Assembly (NCBI GenBank): GCA_965601925.1 | Contig: OZ271854.1 | Coordinates: forward strand, 224,001 to 288,000 | Length of the DNA: 64,000 bases | Direction: 5' to 3' | Source: Alkalispirochaeta sp. | GTDB taxonomy: Bacteria > Spirochaetota > Spirochaetia > DSM-27196 > Alkalispirochaetaceae | Shown here: one piece after another, positions 40,615-49,456 of the stretch | How positions within the stretch are numbered: the stretch's first letter is position 1 | Layout of the letters: each line of letters starts with the position of its first letter | Translations under genes and position numbers: made by a program | Notes under the pieces: generated by a model | Told to the model about the DNA's origin: nothing | The model's input: the letters and a program-made list of their open reading frames with translations, nothing else | The model's database searches: none

Positions 40615-41685
40615 GTGAAGATCGCCCGCAGCGCCCATCCGTCGCTCTCGAACTACGTGGTTCGCACCGCGGGTCTCTGCGGCGGCACCCACGGTAACGA
40701 ACCGACCGGCGTCGCGGCGGTGAATCGTCGGCGCGCGGTGGAGCGCACACCCTCTCCGGGATCGAGCGGGGAGTCGATTCTCCCGGAACCGAGACTGCCG
40801 GAGACGTTTGCCCTCACCCCGCTCATCGCCAATCCTCGCGCGGTAGAGCGCAATCGACGCTACGTCGACTTCGATCTCAATCGCTGCTTCTCCGCCGACT
40901 CGCTCGACGACCGCGAGACGGCGGCGTACGAGCGCCGACGTGCCCAGGTGCTGAACCGGCTGTTCGGACCCAAGGGATCGCCGGTACCGGCCGCCCAGTT
41001 TCTCATCGACCTACACACGACAACGTCAAATCTCGGTCCGACGGTGATTATCCGCGAAGACGGAGCGCTGGCTCGGATCATCGCCGCGGCGACCCGGCGG
41101 GCGATACCGGAGGTGCGAATCCTCAGCTACTTTGCCGAATCGGCGGATCGGGAAGCAGGAGACGCGACTCCTCCTCTGCCGGCCGGGGGCGGGCCGGGAT
41201 CGGCCAACAGAGCCGGAGACTATCCGTATTTGGCGGAGATCACCCCCCACGGAATCGAGGTTGAAGTGGGGCCGACGCCCCAGGGCGTAGTGCGCGCCGA
41301 CGTCCTCATATGGACGGAACGGATCGTCAACGCGATCATTGCGACTATCGATGCCTGGAATCGCGACGAGGAGATAGAGGTAGCGGATACGATCACCGTT
41401 TATCGGTTGGTCGGAGATCTCGACTTTCCGCGCACTGAGGACGGCTCGCTCGCCGGCGCAATCCACCCCGAACGGCAGGATCGCGACTTTGAGCCGCTGC
41501 GGGAGGGCGATCCGCTCTTCGTAGCGTTCGACGGGGAAGAGATACGGTGGACGGGCAACGACGGCGCGCTTCCGGTCTTCATTAACGAGGCGGCCTACTA
41601 CGAGAAACGCGCCGCACTTACCTTGGCACGCGCCGTGGACATCGCTACGGTGTCGGGAGAGTGCATCACACGGCCGAGATCGTAG
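40615..41685 (+). CDS. Aspartoacylase (AstE/AspA family)
   Basis: GGTHGNE, RYVDFDLNR, DLHTTT, EVGP, FINEAAYYEK. Confidence 0.87.
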   Translation: MKIARSAHPSLSNYVVRTAGLCGGTHGNEPTGVAAVNRRRAVERTPSPGSSGESILPEPRLPETFALTPLIANPRAVERNRRYVDFDLNRCFSADSLDDRETAAYERRRAQVLNRLFGPKGSPVPAAQFLIDLHTTTSNLGPTVIIREDGALARIIAAATRRAIPEVRILSYFAESADREAGDATPPLPAGGGPGSANRAGDYPYLAEITPHGIEVEVGPTPQGVVRADVLIWTERIVNAIIATIDAWNRDEEIEVADTITVYRLVGDLDFPRTEDGSLAGAIHPERQDRDFEPLREGDPLFVAFDGEEIRWTGNDGALPVFINEAAYYEKRAALTLARAVDIATVSGECITRPRS

Positions 41686-41792
41686 GGGCAGTCACATCCC
41701 CGTGGGTCCCGGCAACACGACGATTTCAACCTCTCGCCGCCGCCGATCGAACGACACATCCGGTTCCGCAGCGTAGAGCACGATAACCATCC

Positions 41793-42572
41793 TTACGCGA
41801 GCGCGCGATGAACAACACCGGCGGCCGCATCGATTGCGACGGATGGAATCTCGTGTCGACCTTCAAACGGGGACCATTCGACGGGAATCCCGAGTGAGGT
41901 TATCGCGTCGCGTAACGCTTCACCTTCACTGAGAGCGAGTACCGCGTCGGAGGTCCCGTGACTCTGAAAAACCGCCGGCGCATATCGAAGAGGCGGGGCT
42001 GTCGGGCTACTCTTCCACCACGGCTCGGCAACGAGTGCGCCGGAAAAGAGAAGCACCGCGGCCGGTAGCGGAAGGCGTCGATCGACCACTCCCTGCCGGA
42101 GTATCTCGGCGGCGACCATCGCGCCCTGACTGAATCCGCCGAGCACACAGTGACTCCAATCGACACCGTGTGCGTCCAACAATTGGCGCACCTCCTCGGC
42201 GGCCCGTCGTAACCCCTCGGGAACCAACGACCGTAAGCGTATGAAGTATCCGCCAAAGAGCGCCTGCTCGAGGGATTCCGTATCCCGGGGAAACCACGCT
42301 CTCCCGTAAGACATTCCCGCGACGGTAACGGGGACCGGCGCGTGGGGGAAAAACCAGCGCCGAGCCAGGCCCAACTGCGGCGCCAACCCCACCAGATCGT
42401 GCGCACTCGCACCGAACCCATGGAGCAGGCATCCACTCCAACCCTCGCGCCATCCCGGAGAGTCGTGTGTACCGCCGGGCGGCGTGACGCCGGAAAGGTC
42501 GAGTTCGACGTGGGAGAGGTCGCTCAGAACGTGCCGTCCCGTGAACCGGAGATCGAGTCGCGCACCAACCAC
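41793..42572 (-). CDS. Alpha/beta hydrolase (phospholipase/carboxylesterase)
   Basis: LHGFGA, FPHAP, GRAWF, GGFSQG, HGTSD, FEGRHEI; start uncertain. Confidence 0.85.
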   Translation of the reverse strand: MVGARLDLRFTGRHVLSDLSHVELDLSGVTPPGGTHDSPGWREGWSGCLLHGFGASAHDLVGLAPQLGLARRWFFPHAPVPVTVAGMSYGRAWFPRDTESLEQALFGGYFIRLRSLVPEGLRRAAEEVRQLLDAHGVDWSHCVLGGFSQGAMVAAEILRQGVVDRRLPLPAAVLLFSGALVAEPWWKSSPTAPPLRYAPAVFQSHGTSDAVLALSEGEALRDAITSLGIPVEWSPFEGRHEIPSVAIDAAAGVVHRALA

Positions 42573-43276
42573 CCGCGACCGGCGACGTACCGACGTATGA
42601 GCGCGGCGGTCGTGTCCACGACGTCCCGGTTCACCCCGCGGATCACCAATCGCGTGCGATAGTCAAAATCGCCGACGACCGGATAACTACCGATGGAAGT
42701 CTCCGGATGGCGAGCCTGCATCTCACTCAGCCAGTCGGCGAAGACGCTCTCGTCCTCCGACAGGTACAACTCCGACGACCACGAGCGATCGAGCGGCGGC
42801 AGGAGCGCGACGATACGTTCCATCTTGTCGGCCAGCGCCCGCGGCAGTCCGGGAAGGACGAATACGTTGTTCCAGCGAATGAGCGGCCATCGTCCCTCGG
42901 CACACCCGAGCACCTCGGTCTCCCGCGGGAGGTCGGCCATGCGGGCCACCATCGGCGAGAGCGGTTCTCCGTAGCGCCCTTTGAGAAAGGCGAGCATCTC
43001 GGGGTGGGTCGTCACCGGAGTATCGAACGCTTCGGCGGCCGCCTCCAGCGTCTTGTCGTCGTGAGTCGGACCGATACCGCCGGCGCTGAACACGTAATCG
43101 TAACCGTCCCTGAGGGCACGGAACGCAGAGGCGATCTCATCTATTTCGTCGCGAACGATGCGAACCTCTCCGGTCCGATATCCTATGCGCGCGAGAGCGG
43201 TCAGCATCAGATGGAGATTCGCTTCGCGAACATCGGCGGAGAGGATTTCGTCCCCGATGAGGAGTATCGCAACCAT
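42524..43276 (-). CDS. CinA N-terminal-like / molybdopterin-binding domain protein (COG1058 type)
   Basis: IGDEILS, VRDE, GGIGPTHDDKT, LPGLP; ATG 43276 lies 7 nt after TATAGT. Confidence 0.87.
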   Translation of the reverse strand: MVAILLIGDEILSADVREANLHLMLTALARIGYRTGEVRIVRDEIDEIASAFRALRDGYDYVFSAGGIGPTHDDKTLEAAAEAFDTPVTTHPEMLAFLKGRYGEPLSPMVARMADLPRETEVLGCAEGRWPLIRWNNVFVLPGLPRALADKMERIVALLPPLDRSWSSELYLSEDESVFADWLSEMQARHPETSIGSYPVVGDFDYRTRLVIRGVNRDVVDTTAALIRRYVAGRGWLVRDSISGSRDGTF

Positions 43277-43283
43277 ACTCGCC

Positions 43284-43313
43284 ACTATACGGCGCACCTC
43301 ACTCCGACGACAA
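43284..43313 (-). promoter_or_regulatory. Leaderless-type promoter of the CinA-like gene
   Basis: TTGTCG-18-TATAGT-7-ATG. Confidence 0.5.
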
Positions 43314-43818
43314 GCGCGGGGGGGCAGAGGCGCGGAGGATACCGCGCGGGGCAGAGGCGCGGTGGTGACCGCGCGGGGGGGAGGCGCGGTGGTGACCGCG
43401 CGGGGCAGAGGCGCGGTGGTGACCGCGCGGGGGGGAGGCGCGGTGGTGACCGCGCGGGGCAGAGGCGCGGTGGTGACCGCGCGGGGCAGAGGCGCGGTGG
43501 TGACCGCGCGGGGCAGAGGCGCGGTGGTGACCGCGCGGGGCAGAGGCGCGGTGGTGACCGCGCGGGGCAGAGGCGCGGTGGTGACCGCGCGGGGCAGAGG
43601 CGCGGTGGTGACCGCGCGGGGCAGAGGCGCGGTGGTGACCGCGCGGGGCAGAGGCGCGGTGGTGACCGCGCGGGGCAGAGGCGCGGTGGTGACCGCGCGG
43701 GGCAGAGGCGCGGTGGTGACCGCGCGGGGGGCAGAGGCGCGGTGGTGACCGCGCGGGGGGCAGAGGCGCGGTGGTGACCGCGCGGGGGGCAGAGGCGCGG
43801 TGGTGACCGCGCGGGGGG
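43314..43818. repeat. Tandem array of 18 hairpin-forming 27/29-bp G-rich units
   Basis: Unit GCGCGGT-GGTG-ACCGCGC + GGGGCAGAG; 17 perfect cores from 43357 to 43795, one degenerate at 43330; linker variants G7AG and G6CAGAG. Confidence 0.97.
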
Positions 43819-43824
43819 ATATAA

Positions 43825-43854
43825 TTGACTGTTTTAATCGGATAACCATATCTT
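43825..43854 (+). promoter_or_regulatory. Leaderless-type promoter of the TPR gene
   Basis: TTGACT-18-TATCTT-6-ATG. Confidence 0.5.
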
Positions 43855-43860
43855 AGGCCC

Positions 43861-44436
43861 ATGGAAGTTCGGAACCGGATCACGGAATCGGAACAGTTGA
43901 TTCGCACCGGTCGATACGCCGATGCCATAGAGCTCCTCACGGCCGTGCTCGCCGACGACCCCACCAATTTGACGGCTCTGCTCGATATCGGCATCGCCTT
44001 CACCGAAAACGGACAGAATGATTCCGCCATTCAGGCGCTGGAGTACTACGTGCGTCACGACGAGGCCAACGATCAGGCGTGGGAAGCGCTGGGGTGTGCG
44101 TATCTTCGCAAGAAGGAGTACAAAACAGCTGAGGTGCATCTCGATCGCGCCCGCACCATCAATCCTCAAAATGCAAGCGTGCTCCGAAATCTGAGCGTAC
44201 TTCTCAGCCAAACGGGCCGCGGTCGCGTCGGGTTTACCACGCTCAAAAAGGCGTACGAGATCAATCCGAACGACTATCTGACCACCTACGCCTTGGGCAC
44301 GGCTTACCGCCACCTCGGCCGCTCCGGCGAGGCGCTCCAGCTCTTTGAACGCCTTCAGGCGTTCGAGTATCTACCGACCATTCTTAGGAGGGAGTCGGAG
44401 AAGCATCTTCTGGAGCTCAGCGTGGGGTGGGAGTAG
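43861..44436 (+). CDS. Tetratricopeptide repeat protein
   Basis: Repeated TPR patterns (AWEALGCAY, ARTINPQN, AYEINPND, YALGTAY). Confidence 0.88.
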   Translation: MEVRNRITESEQLIRTGRYADAIELLTAVLADDPTNLTALLDIGIAFTENGQNDSAIQALEYYVRHDEANDQAWEALGCAYLRKKEYKTAEVHLDRARTINPQNASVLRNLSVLLSQTGRGRVGFTTLKKAYEINPNDYLTTYALGTAYRHLGRSGEALQLFERLQAFEYLPTILRRESEKHLLELSVGWE

Positions 44437-44481
44437 CTCCCGCCTCCGTACGGGTATCACCGGACACGAGAAAATCACTCG

Positions 44482-44510
44482 TTGAAAGTGCCCCATAAGC
44501 GAGTTACATT
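44482..44510 (+). promoter_or_regulatory. Promoter upstream of the MBL-cNMP gene
   Basis: TTGAAA-17-TACATT; SD AGGGG before TTG start. Confidence 0.45.
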
Positions 44511-44527
44511 AACTCCAGGGGCGAAAA

Positions 44528-46714
44528 TTGAAAAAGTCAAGGGTTACCAGTGGCGTTTACTGGGTAGAAGCTCCCCGGTCGGGCCTGCGCATCTTGTGCG
44601 GAACCCCAGCCGACGCCGTCAAGCACCTCATGCGTAGAGGACTCATCCACAAAATCGAACGAAAGGGCGCGCAATGGGAGACCGGACCCAACGCGATTAT
44701 CCTTTCCGACGTGAGTATCCAGAACGGGGACTTTGCCAATCTCTCCGAGTTTCCGGTGCTCCAAATGTTCTACCGTCAGGGAATGATCGTTCCCGGCCAT
44801 CCGAACAATACCGGCGTGAGACCCAAGATTATCGGTGCCCGAGACCAAATCGAGGCGCAACGCGAATACATCTTTCGCGGAACCTACGGGTTGGTCAGCA
44901 TCGAGGAGTTGTCGGCTGCGGGATTGGACGACGCTACGGCGGCGGAATACATGCGAATCAAAAAGATCTTCGCCTTCGGCGAGATCCGTCGTCCCGAGGA
45001 GATGATCGACTTTGTCGTGGTGGACGACGAGCCGGTCGAGATCGCGCCCGAGGTGACGATCGAACGGGTTGCACTTAATACCTACCGCATTTCGGACGGC
45101 GGAGACTCGGTAAAGGTGTCGTTGAATCTGCCGCCGGGCGAGCAGTACGAACCGCCCTACGTCCTCGGGCAGCACAAAATCAAGGGAGAGTACTTCTCGA
45201 TCGTGCATACCGGTGAGGGCGACGGCTGGGATAGTACGAGGCCGTGCATGGCCAGCATTCTCGTCTTTCAGGGACGCATATATCTCATCGACGCCGGCCC
45301 CAGCGTGATGCATACGCTCAACTCCGTCGGCATGAGCGTCAACCAGATAGACGGGATCTTCCATACCCACGCCCACGACGACCATTTTGCCGGATTGACA
45401 TCACTGGTGCGCGCGGACCACCGTCTGCCCTATTTCGCCGCCCCAATGGTACGCGCTTCGGTCATGAAGAAGCTGTCCGCTCTCATGTCGTTTCCTGAGG
45501 GGCAGTTTGAGCGCTACTTCGTTCCCCACGACCTTACACCCGATACGTGGAACATGATTCAAGGGTTGGAGGTGATGCCGGTCTTCTCTCCCCACCCGGT
45601 CGAGACGACGGTGATGTTCTTCCGCGCCCTGTGGCAAGGCGGCTACAAGACCTATGCACACTTTGCGGACACGTGCTCCATGCAGCAACTCGATCGTTTG
45701 ATGTCCGGCGGGGACAAGACGAGCCGTGCGATTTTGGACCGTGTTCGTCACAACTACTCGATCCCGGTAGATATCAAGAAGCTCGATATCGGCGGAGGAA
45801 TGATCCACGGTGTCGCGGAAGACTTCTGTGACGATCAATCGGCGCGGATCGTGCTCAGCCACACCTCGCTGCCCCTCACGCTGCGGGAAAAGGAGATCGG
45901 TGCCGACACCTCCTTCGGCATGGCCGACGTCCTGATTCATTCGGCGAACAAACAGCCCGAAGCTTCCATCAGGTATCTCCTCCGACAAAACTATCCCGCG
46001 GTACCCGATCACGACATCGCGCTTCTCGCCAACTGTCCGACGCGCACCTTGACGATCGGTTCCATCCTGATCAAGAAGGACGGCCACGTCGACGCGATCT
46101 ATCTTCTGACAAACGGCCTGGTAGAGACGGTCGAGTCGGAGACCAATACGCACAACATCGTCACCGCGGGATCGATGATCGGCGAACGCAATTGCCTCCT
46201 CGGCGAAATATCCAAGCGTACCTATCGCGCCGCCAGCTTCATTCGAGTGGTGGAGATACCGCGGGACCTGTACCGTTCGTTTATCGAGCGTAACGACCTC
46301 GAGGAGGCGATGCGCGAGTACTTGGAGCGCAAGTATTTTCTCGAGGGAACCTATCTCTTTGGAGACAGGATTTCCGGAGCGACGCGCAACGCGATCACTC
46401 ATGCGTTGGACGAGCGTACGGCTGCCGCGGGAGAACGTATCGTTCCCGACGACTCGATCGTTGCGGTTGCGGAGGGTACGATCGATGTACACTGCGGTGA
46501 ACGGCATATATACACTGCGCGGCCGAGCGAGGTCATAGGCGGAATGCGACTATTGAGAGACGATCGCCCGGAAACTGCCTATGTCGCGCGTAAGGCGTGT
46601 CGGTACTATCTCATTCCGTGTGCGGTTGTAGAGGAGATACCGATCGTACGGTGGAAACTTCTGGAACAGATAAACCGAACGATGCGCTCGTGCATATCGA
46701 CATTTCAAGGGTAG
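44528..46714 (+). CDS. Metallo-beta-lactamase-fold hydrolase with C-terminal cyclic-nucleotide-binding-like domains
   Basis: LIDAG, HTHAHDDH (HxHxDH), SPHPVE, ADT, IHG, LSH; then GSMIGE...RTYRA and a second degenerate cNMP repeat. Confidence 0.85.
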   Translation: MKKSRVTSGVYWVEAPRSGLRILCGTPADAVKHLMRRGLIHKIERKGAQWETGPNAIILSDVSIQNGDFANLSEFPVLQMFYRQGMIVPGHPNNTGVRPKIIGARDQIEAQREYIFRGTYGLVSIEELSAAGLDDATAAEYMRIKKIFAFGEIRRPEEMIDFVVVDDEPVEIAPEVTIERVALNTYRISDGGDSVKVSLNLPPGEQYEPPYVLGQHKIKGEYFSIVHTGEGDGWDSTRPCMASILVFQGRIYLIDAGPSVMHTLNSVGMSVNQIDGIFHTHAHDDHFAGLTSLVRADHRLPYFAAPMVRASVMKKLSALMSFPEGQFERYFVPHDLTPDTWNMIQGLEVMPVFSPHPVETTVMFFRALWQGGYKTYAHFADTCSMQQLDRLMSGGDKTSRAILDRVRHNYSIPVDIKKLDIGGGMIHGVAEDFCDDQSARIVLSHTSLPLTLREKEIGADTSFGMADVLIHSANKQPEASIRYLLRQNYPAVPDHDIALLANCPTRTLTIGSILIKKDGHVDAIYLLTNGLVETVESETNTHNIVTAGSMIGERNCLLGEISKRTYRAASFIRVVEIPRDLYRSFIERNDLEEAMREYLERKYFLEGTYLFGDRISGATRNAITHALDERTAAAGERIVPDDSIVAVAEGTIDVHCGERHIYTARPSEVIGGMRLLRDDRPETAYVARKACRYYLIPCAVVEEIPIVRWKLLEQINRTMRSCISTFQG

Positions 46715-46715
46715 T

Positions 46716-47288
46716 ATGGCGCGTATGGAGTACGATATAGCCGCAAATGCACGCATCGCGCAGGGGGCTACGCTACGGTCCCTCGGAGATCGCCGCCCGG
46801 CCGTCGGAGCCGACGTCGTGATTATGGAAGGGGTGCGCGTCGTCGGTGACGTACGCCTGGGCGACGGGGTAAACCTTTGGTACAACACCGTAATTCGCGG
46901 CGACGTTCACTGGGTGCGTATCGGCGACGACACGAACATTCAGGACAACTCGGTCCTGCACGTCACCCACGATCGCTTCCCCCTTACCATAGGTGCGCGC
47001 GTCACCGTCGGTCACGCGGCTCGTCTTCACGGCTGTACGATAGAGGACGAAAGCCTCATCGGTATCGCGGCTACGGTTCTCGACGGTGCGGTCGTTGAAC
47101 GCCACGCAATGGTCGCCGCCGGTGCCGTAGTCGTTCCCGGCACGGTCGTAGAATCCGGCTCCTTGGTAGCCGGCGTGCCCGCGCGCGTCATCCGTCGTCT
47201 ACGCGACGAGGAGATCGCGGATCTGCCGATGAGCGCTCGGCGCTATCGAGGCTACGCCGCCGAGCACGCGGCGCATATGCGCGAGTAG
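46716..47288 (+). CDS. Gamma-carbonic anhydrase family protein
   Basis: IRGD, TNIQDNSVLH, VTVGH..LHGC, hexapeptide repeats, GVPAR. Confidence 0.92.
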   Translation: MARMEYDIAANARIAQGATLRSLGDRRPAVGADVVIMEGVRVVGDVRLGDGVNLWYNTVIRGDVHWVRIGDDTNIQDNSVLHVTHDRFPLTIGARVTVGHAARLHGCTIEDESLIGIAATVLDGAVVERHAMVAAGAVVVPGTVVESGSLVAGVPARVIRRLRDEEIADLPMSARRYRGYAAEHAAHMRE

Positions 47289-47296
47289 CGGCGGTG

Positions 47297-48025
47297 CTAT
47301 ACCGCACGGGCGACGATGATCTGCGTGCCGCTGTCGGAGGAGAACGGAGTACGGTCGTACCATCCGTAGCGGTCGACAACCGAAAAACCGGCCGACTTCA
47401 GGATGAGCAGCATCTCTTCGGGAAAGAACATCCGCAAACCGTGCTCGACCATGGTGGTCTCCTCCGCCGATTCGATATACCAGGTGAGGTCGAGAATCTG
47501 CCGGTCCGCCCGGTAGCGGCACCGCTCATAGACGACGACATTCGTGATTTCTTGGTGAATCCTCTCCAAGCTGTCGCTCTCGCGGGCGAGGAGACGCGGG
47601 TTGGGGTTGTGGAGTGCAAAACATAGCGTTCCGTTGCGATTCAAGCTCCGACGGATGTTCGAGAGACACGTCACCACCTCGTCGGTATCGTGCAGATGCG
47701 AGAGGCTGTGGAGCGGAATCAACACGAGTGAGAACCGGTCGTCCGAGTCCATAGCGCACATGTCGCGCTCTACGAAACGCGGATTTTCCGCCGAAAGGCG
47801 TGCGGAGGTCGCTCGCGCACGGGCCGCGTCGAGCATTGCGGCACTTTTGTCGATTCCGACGATCTCGATTCCCGCTCGGGCGAGGGGCACCGTCACTCTA
47901 CCGGTACCGCATGCGAGCTCGCACACACGCCCGCCGGAGTTCTGCGCGACGTCAAGATAGAACGAGATATCCTCGGTAAAGCGATCGTACACGGTGTCGT
48001 ACAATCGGGGTTGCTCATATAGCAT
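47297..48025 (-). CDS. Class I SAM-dependent methyltransferase
   Basis: ELACGTGR, GIDKSAAML; start 48025 (or 48034). Confidence 0.88.
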   Translation of the reverse strand: MLYEQPRLYDTVYDRFTEDISFYLDVAQNSGGRVCELACGTGRVTVPLARAGIEIVGIDKSAAMLDAARARATSARLSAENPRFVERDMCAMDSDDRFSLVLIPLHSLSHLHDTDEVVTCLSNIRRSLNRNGTLCFALHNPNPRLLARESDSLERIHQEITNVVVYERCRYRADRQILDLTWYIESAEETTMVEHGLRMFFPEEMLLILKSAGFSVVDRYGWYDRTPFSSDSGTQIIVARAV

Positions 48026-48048
48026 ACGATTCATACTATTATCCCGCA

Positions 48049-49455
48049 GTGACAACTTCAACAAAACCGACGAACATCGTGATCGTGGGCGCCTCGGGAG
48101 ATCTTACCAGAAAAAAGCTTCTTCCGGCGCTTTTTAGTCTTTTTTGCAACGACTTGTTGCCCGAACGGTTCCACGTCGTGGGCTTCGCTCGCTCACCGAT
48201 GAGCGAGAAAGAGTTTCGGGACGGTGTCGCGAAGACGCTTACATGCCGCTACGAGCCGGAGCCGAGTCAATGCGATGTCAAAGTCGGGCAATTTCTCAAG
48301 CGCTGCTACTACCACGCGGGGCAGTACGACAACGCGGACGATTTTCGCGCTCTCGGCAGGCGGTTGGAGTTTTTAAACGGCCCACACGCCAACATGCTTA
48401 TGTACATGGCGATTCCTCCGAGTGTGTTCCTATCCACGGCGCGCTCCATCCGCGAGGCCGGCCTCTCCGACGAGGCGACGCGCGACTGGTCGCGGGTCGT
48501 GATTGAGAAGCCCTTCGGACGCGACACGGAGAGCTCCTTGGAGTTGACGCGGGCGTTGAGCGAGATATTCACCGAGGAGCAAACCTATCGGATCGACCAC
48601 TACCTGGGAAAAGAGGTTATCCAAAACTTGATGATTCTGCGGTTCGGCAATCGTATCTTCGAGCCGATATGGAATCGCGACCATATCGAATCGATATCGA
48701 TCGCATTCTCCGAGAAGATCGGTCTCGAAGGTCGTGCCGGGTACTTCGACCGCTTCGGGATCATTCGTGACGTCCTTCAGAACCATCTACTCCAGACGAT
48801 GGCGCTCATCGCGATGGAGCAACCGATTCGGCTCGACGCGCGGGAAATCGCCGAAGAAAAGACCAAGCTTCTGCGCGCCACCTCGCCTATGGACACCGGT
48901 ACCACGATCACCGGCCAGTACAAAGGGTATCTCGACGATCCGGATGTGCCGGACGATTCTATTACCGAGACGTTCGTGGCGACGACGCTCTGTATCAACA
49001 CTCCGCGTTGGTACGGTGTACCGTTCCATCTAAGCGCGGGCAAGGCGTTGGATACGCAGAAGACGGAGATCCTCATTCAATTTCGCGATCTGCCGTACTC
49101 ACTCTTTTCCGGGGTCGCGGCCAACTGTCTACGGATACGCGTGCAGCCCAACGAGGCGATCGAGCTTATCGTCAATAATAAGGTACCGGGCATGGCATTG
49201 AAGTCGGCCGCCGTGAACCTCAACATGCTCTACCACGAAGCGTTCGAGACGCAACTTCCCGAGGCGTATGAGCGATTGCTCCTCGATGTGCTGCGCGGCG
49301 ACCGCTCCTTGTTTATCCAAAAGCAGGAGCTTGCCGCGGCGTGGGAGGTCGTTACCCCGGCACTCAAACGCATCGAGGGGGAACGTATTAAGCCGTACGA
49401 GTACTCACACGGCAGCGGCGGACCGGCCGTTCGAAACTCCGAGAAGGGGCTGTAG
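48049..49455 (+). CDS. zwf: Glucose-6-phosphate 1-dehydrogenase
   Basis: GASGDL, IEKPFG, RIDHYLGKE, RDVLQNHL, EAYERLL. Confidence 0.96.
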   Translation: MTTSTKPTNIVIVGASGDLTRKKLLPALFSLFCNDLLPERFHVVGFARSPMSEKEFRDGVAKTLTCRYEPEPSQCDVKVGQFLKRCYYHAGQYDNADDFRALGRRLEFLNGPHANMLMYMAIPPSVFLSTARSIREAGLSDEATRDWSRVVIEKPFGRDTESSLELTRALSEIFTEEQTYRIDHYLGKEVIQNLMILRFGNRIFEPIWNRDHIESISIAFSEKIGLEGRAGYFDRFGIIRDVLQNHLLQTMALIAMEQPIRLDAREIAEEKTKLLRATSPMDTGTTITGQYKGYLDDPDVPDDSITETFVATTLCINTPRWYGVPFHLSAGKALDTQKTEILIQFRDLPYSLFSGVAANCLRIRVQPNEAIELIVNNKVPGMALKSAAVNLNMLYHEAFETQLPEAYERLLLDVLRGDRSLFIQKQELAAAWEVVTPALKRIEGERIKPYEYSHGSGGPAVRNSEKGL

Positions 49456-49456
49456 C

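Noticed and set aside
43314..43818. CRISPR or TIGR-like guide array (palindromic repeat, degenerate end unit, AT-rich flank)
   Set aside because: Linkers are 9-11 nt and essentially identical, with no unique spacers; no cas or Nop-domain gene in the window
42707..44030. Repeat-derived ORFs (GQRRGGDRA, RGAVVTARG, RGHHRASAP frames)
   Set aside because: Open only because the GC-rich unit lacks stop codons; they overlap real genes
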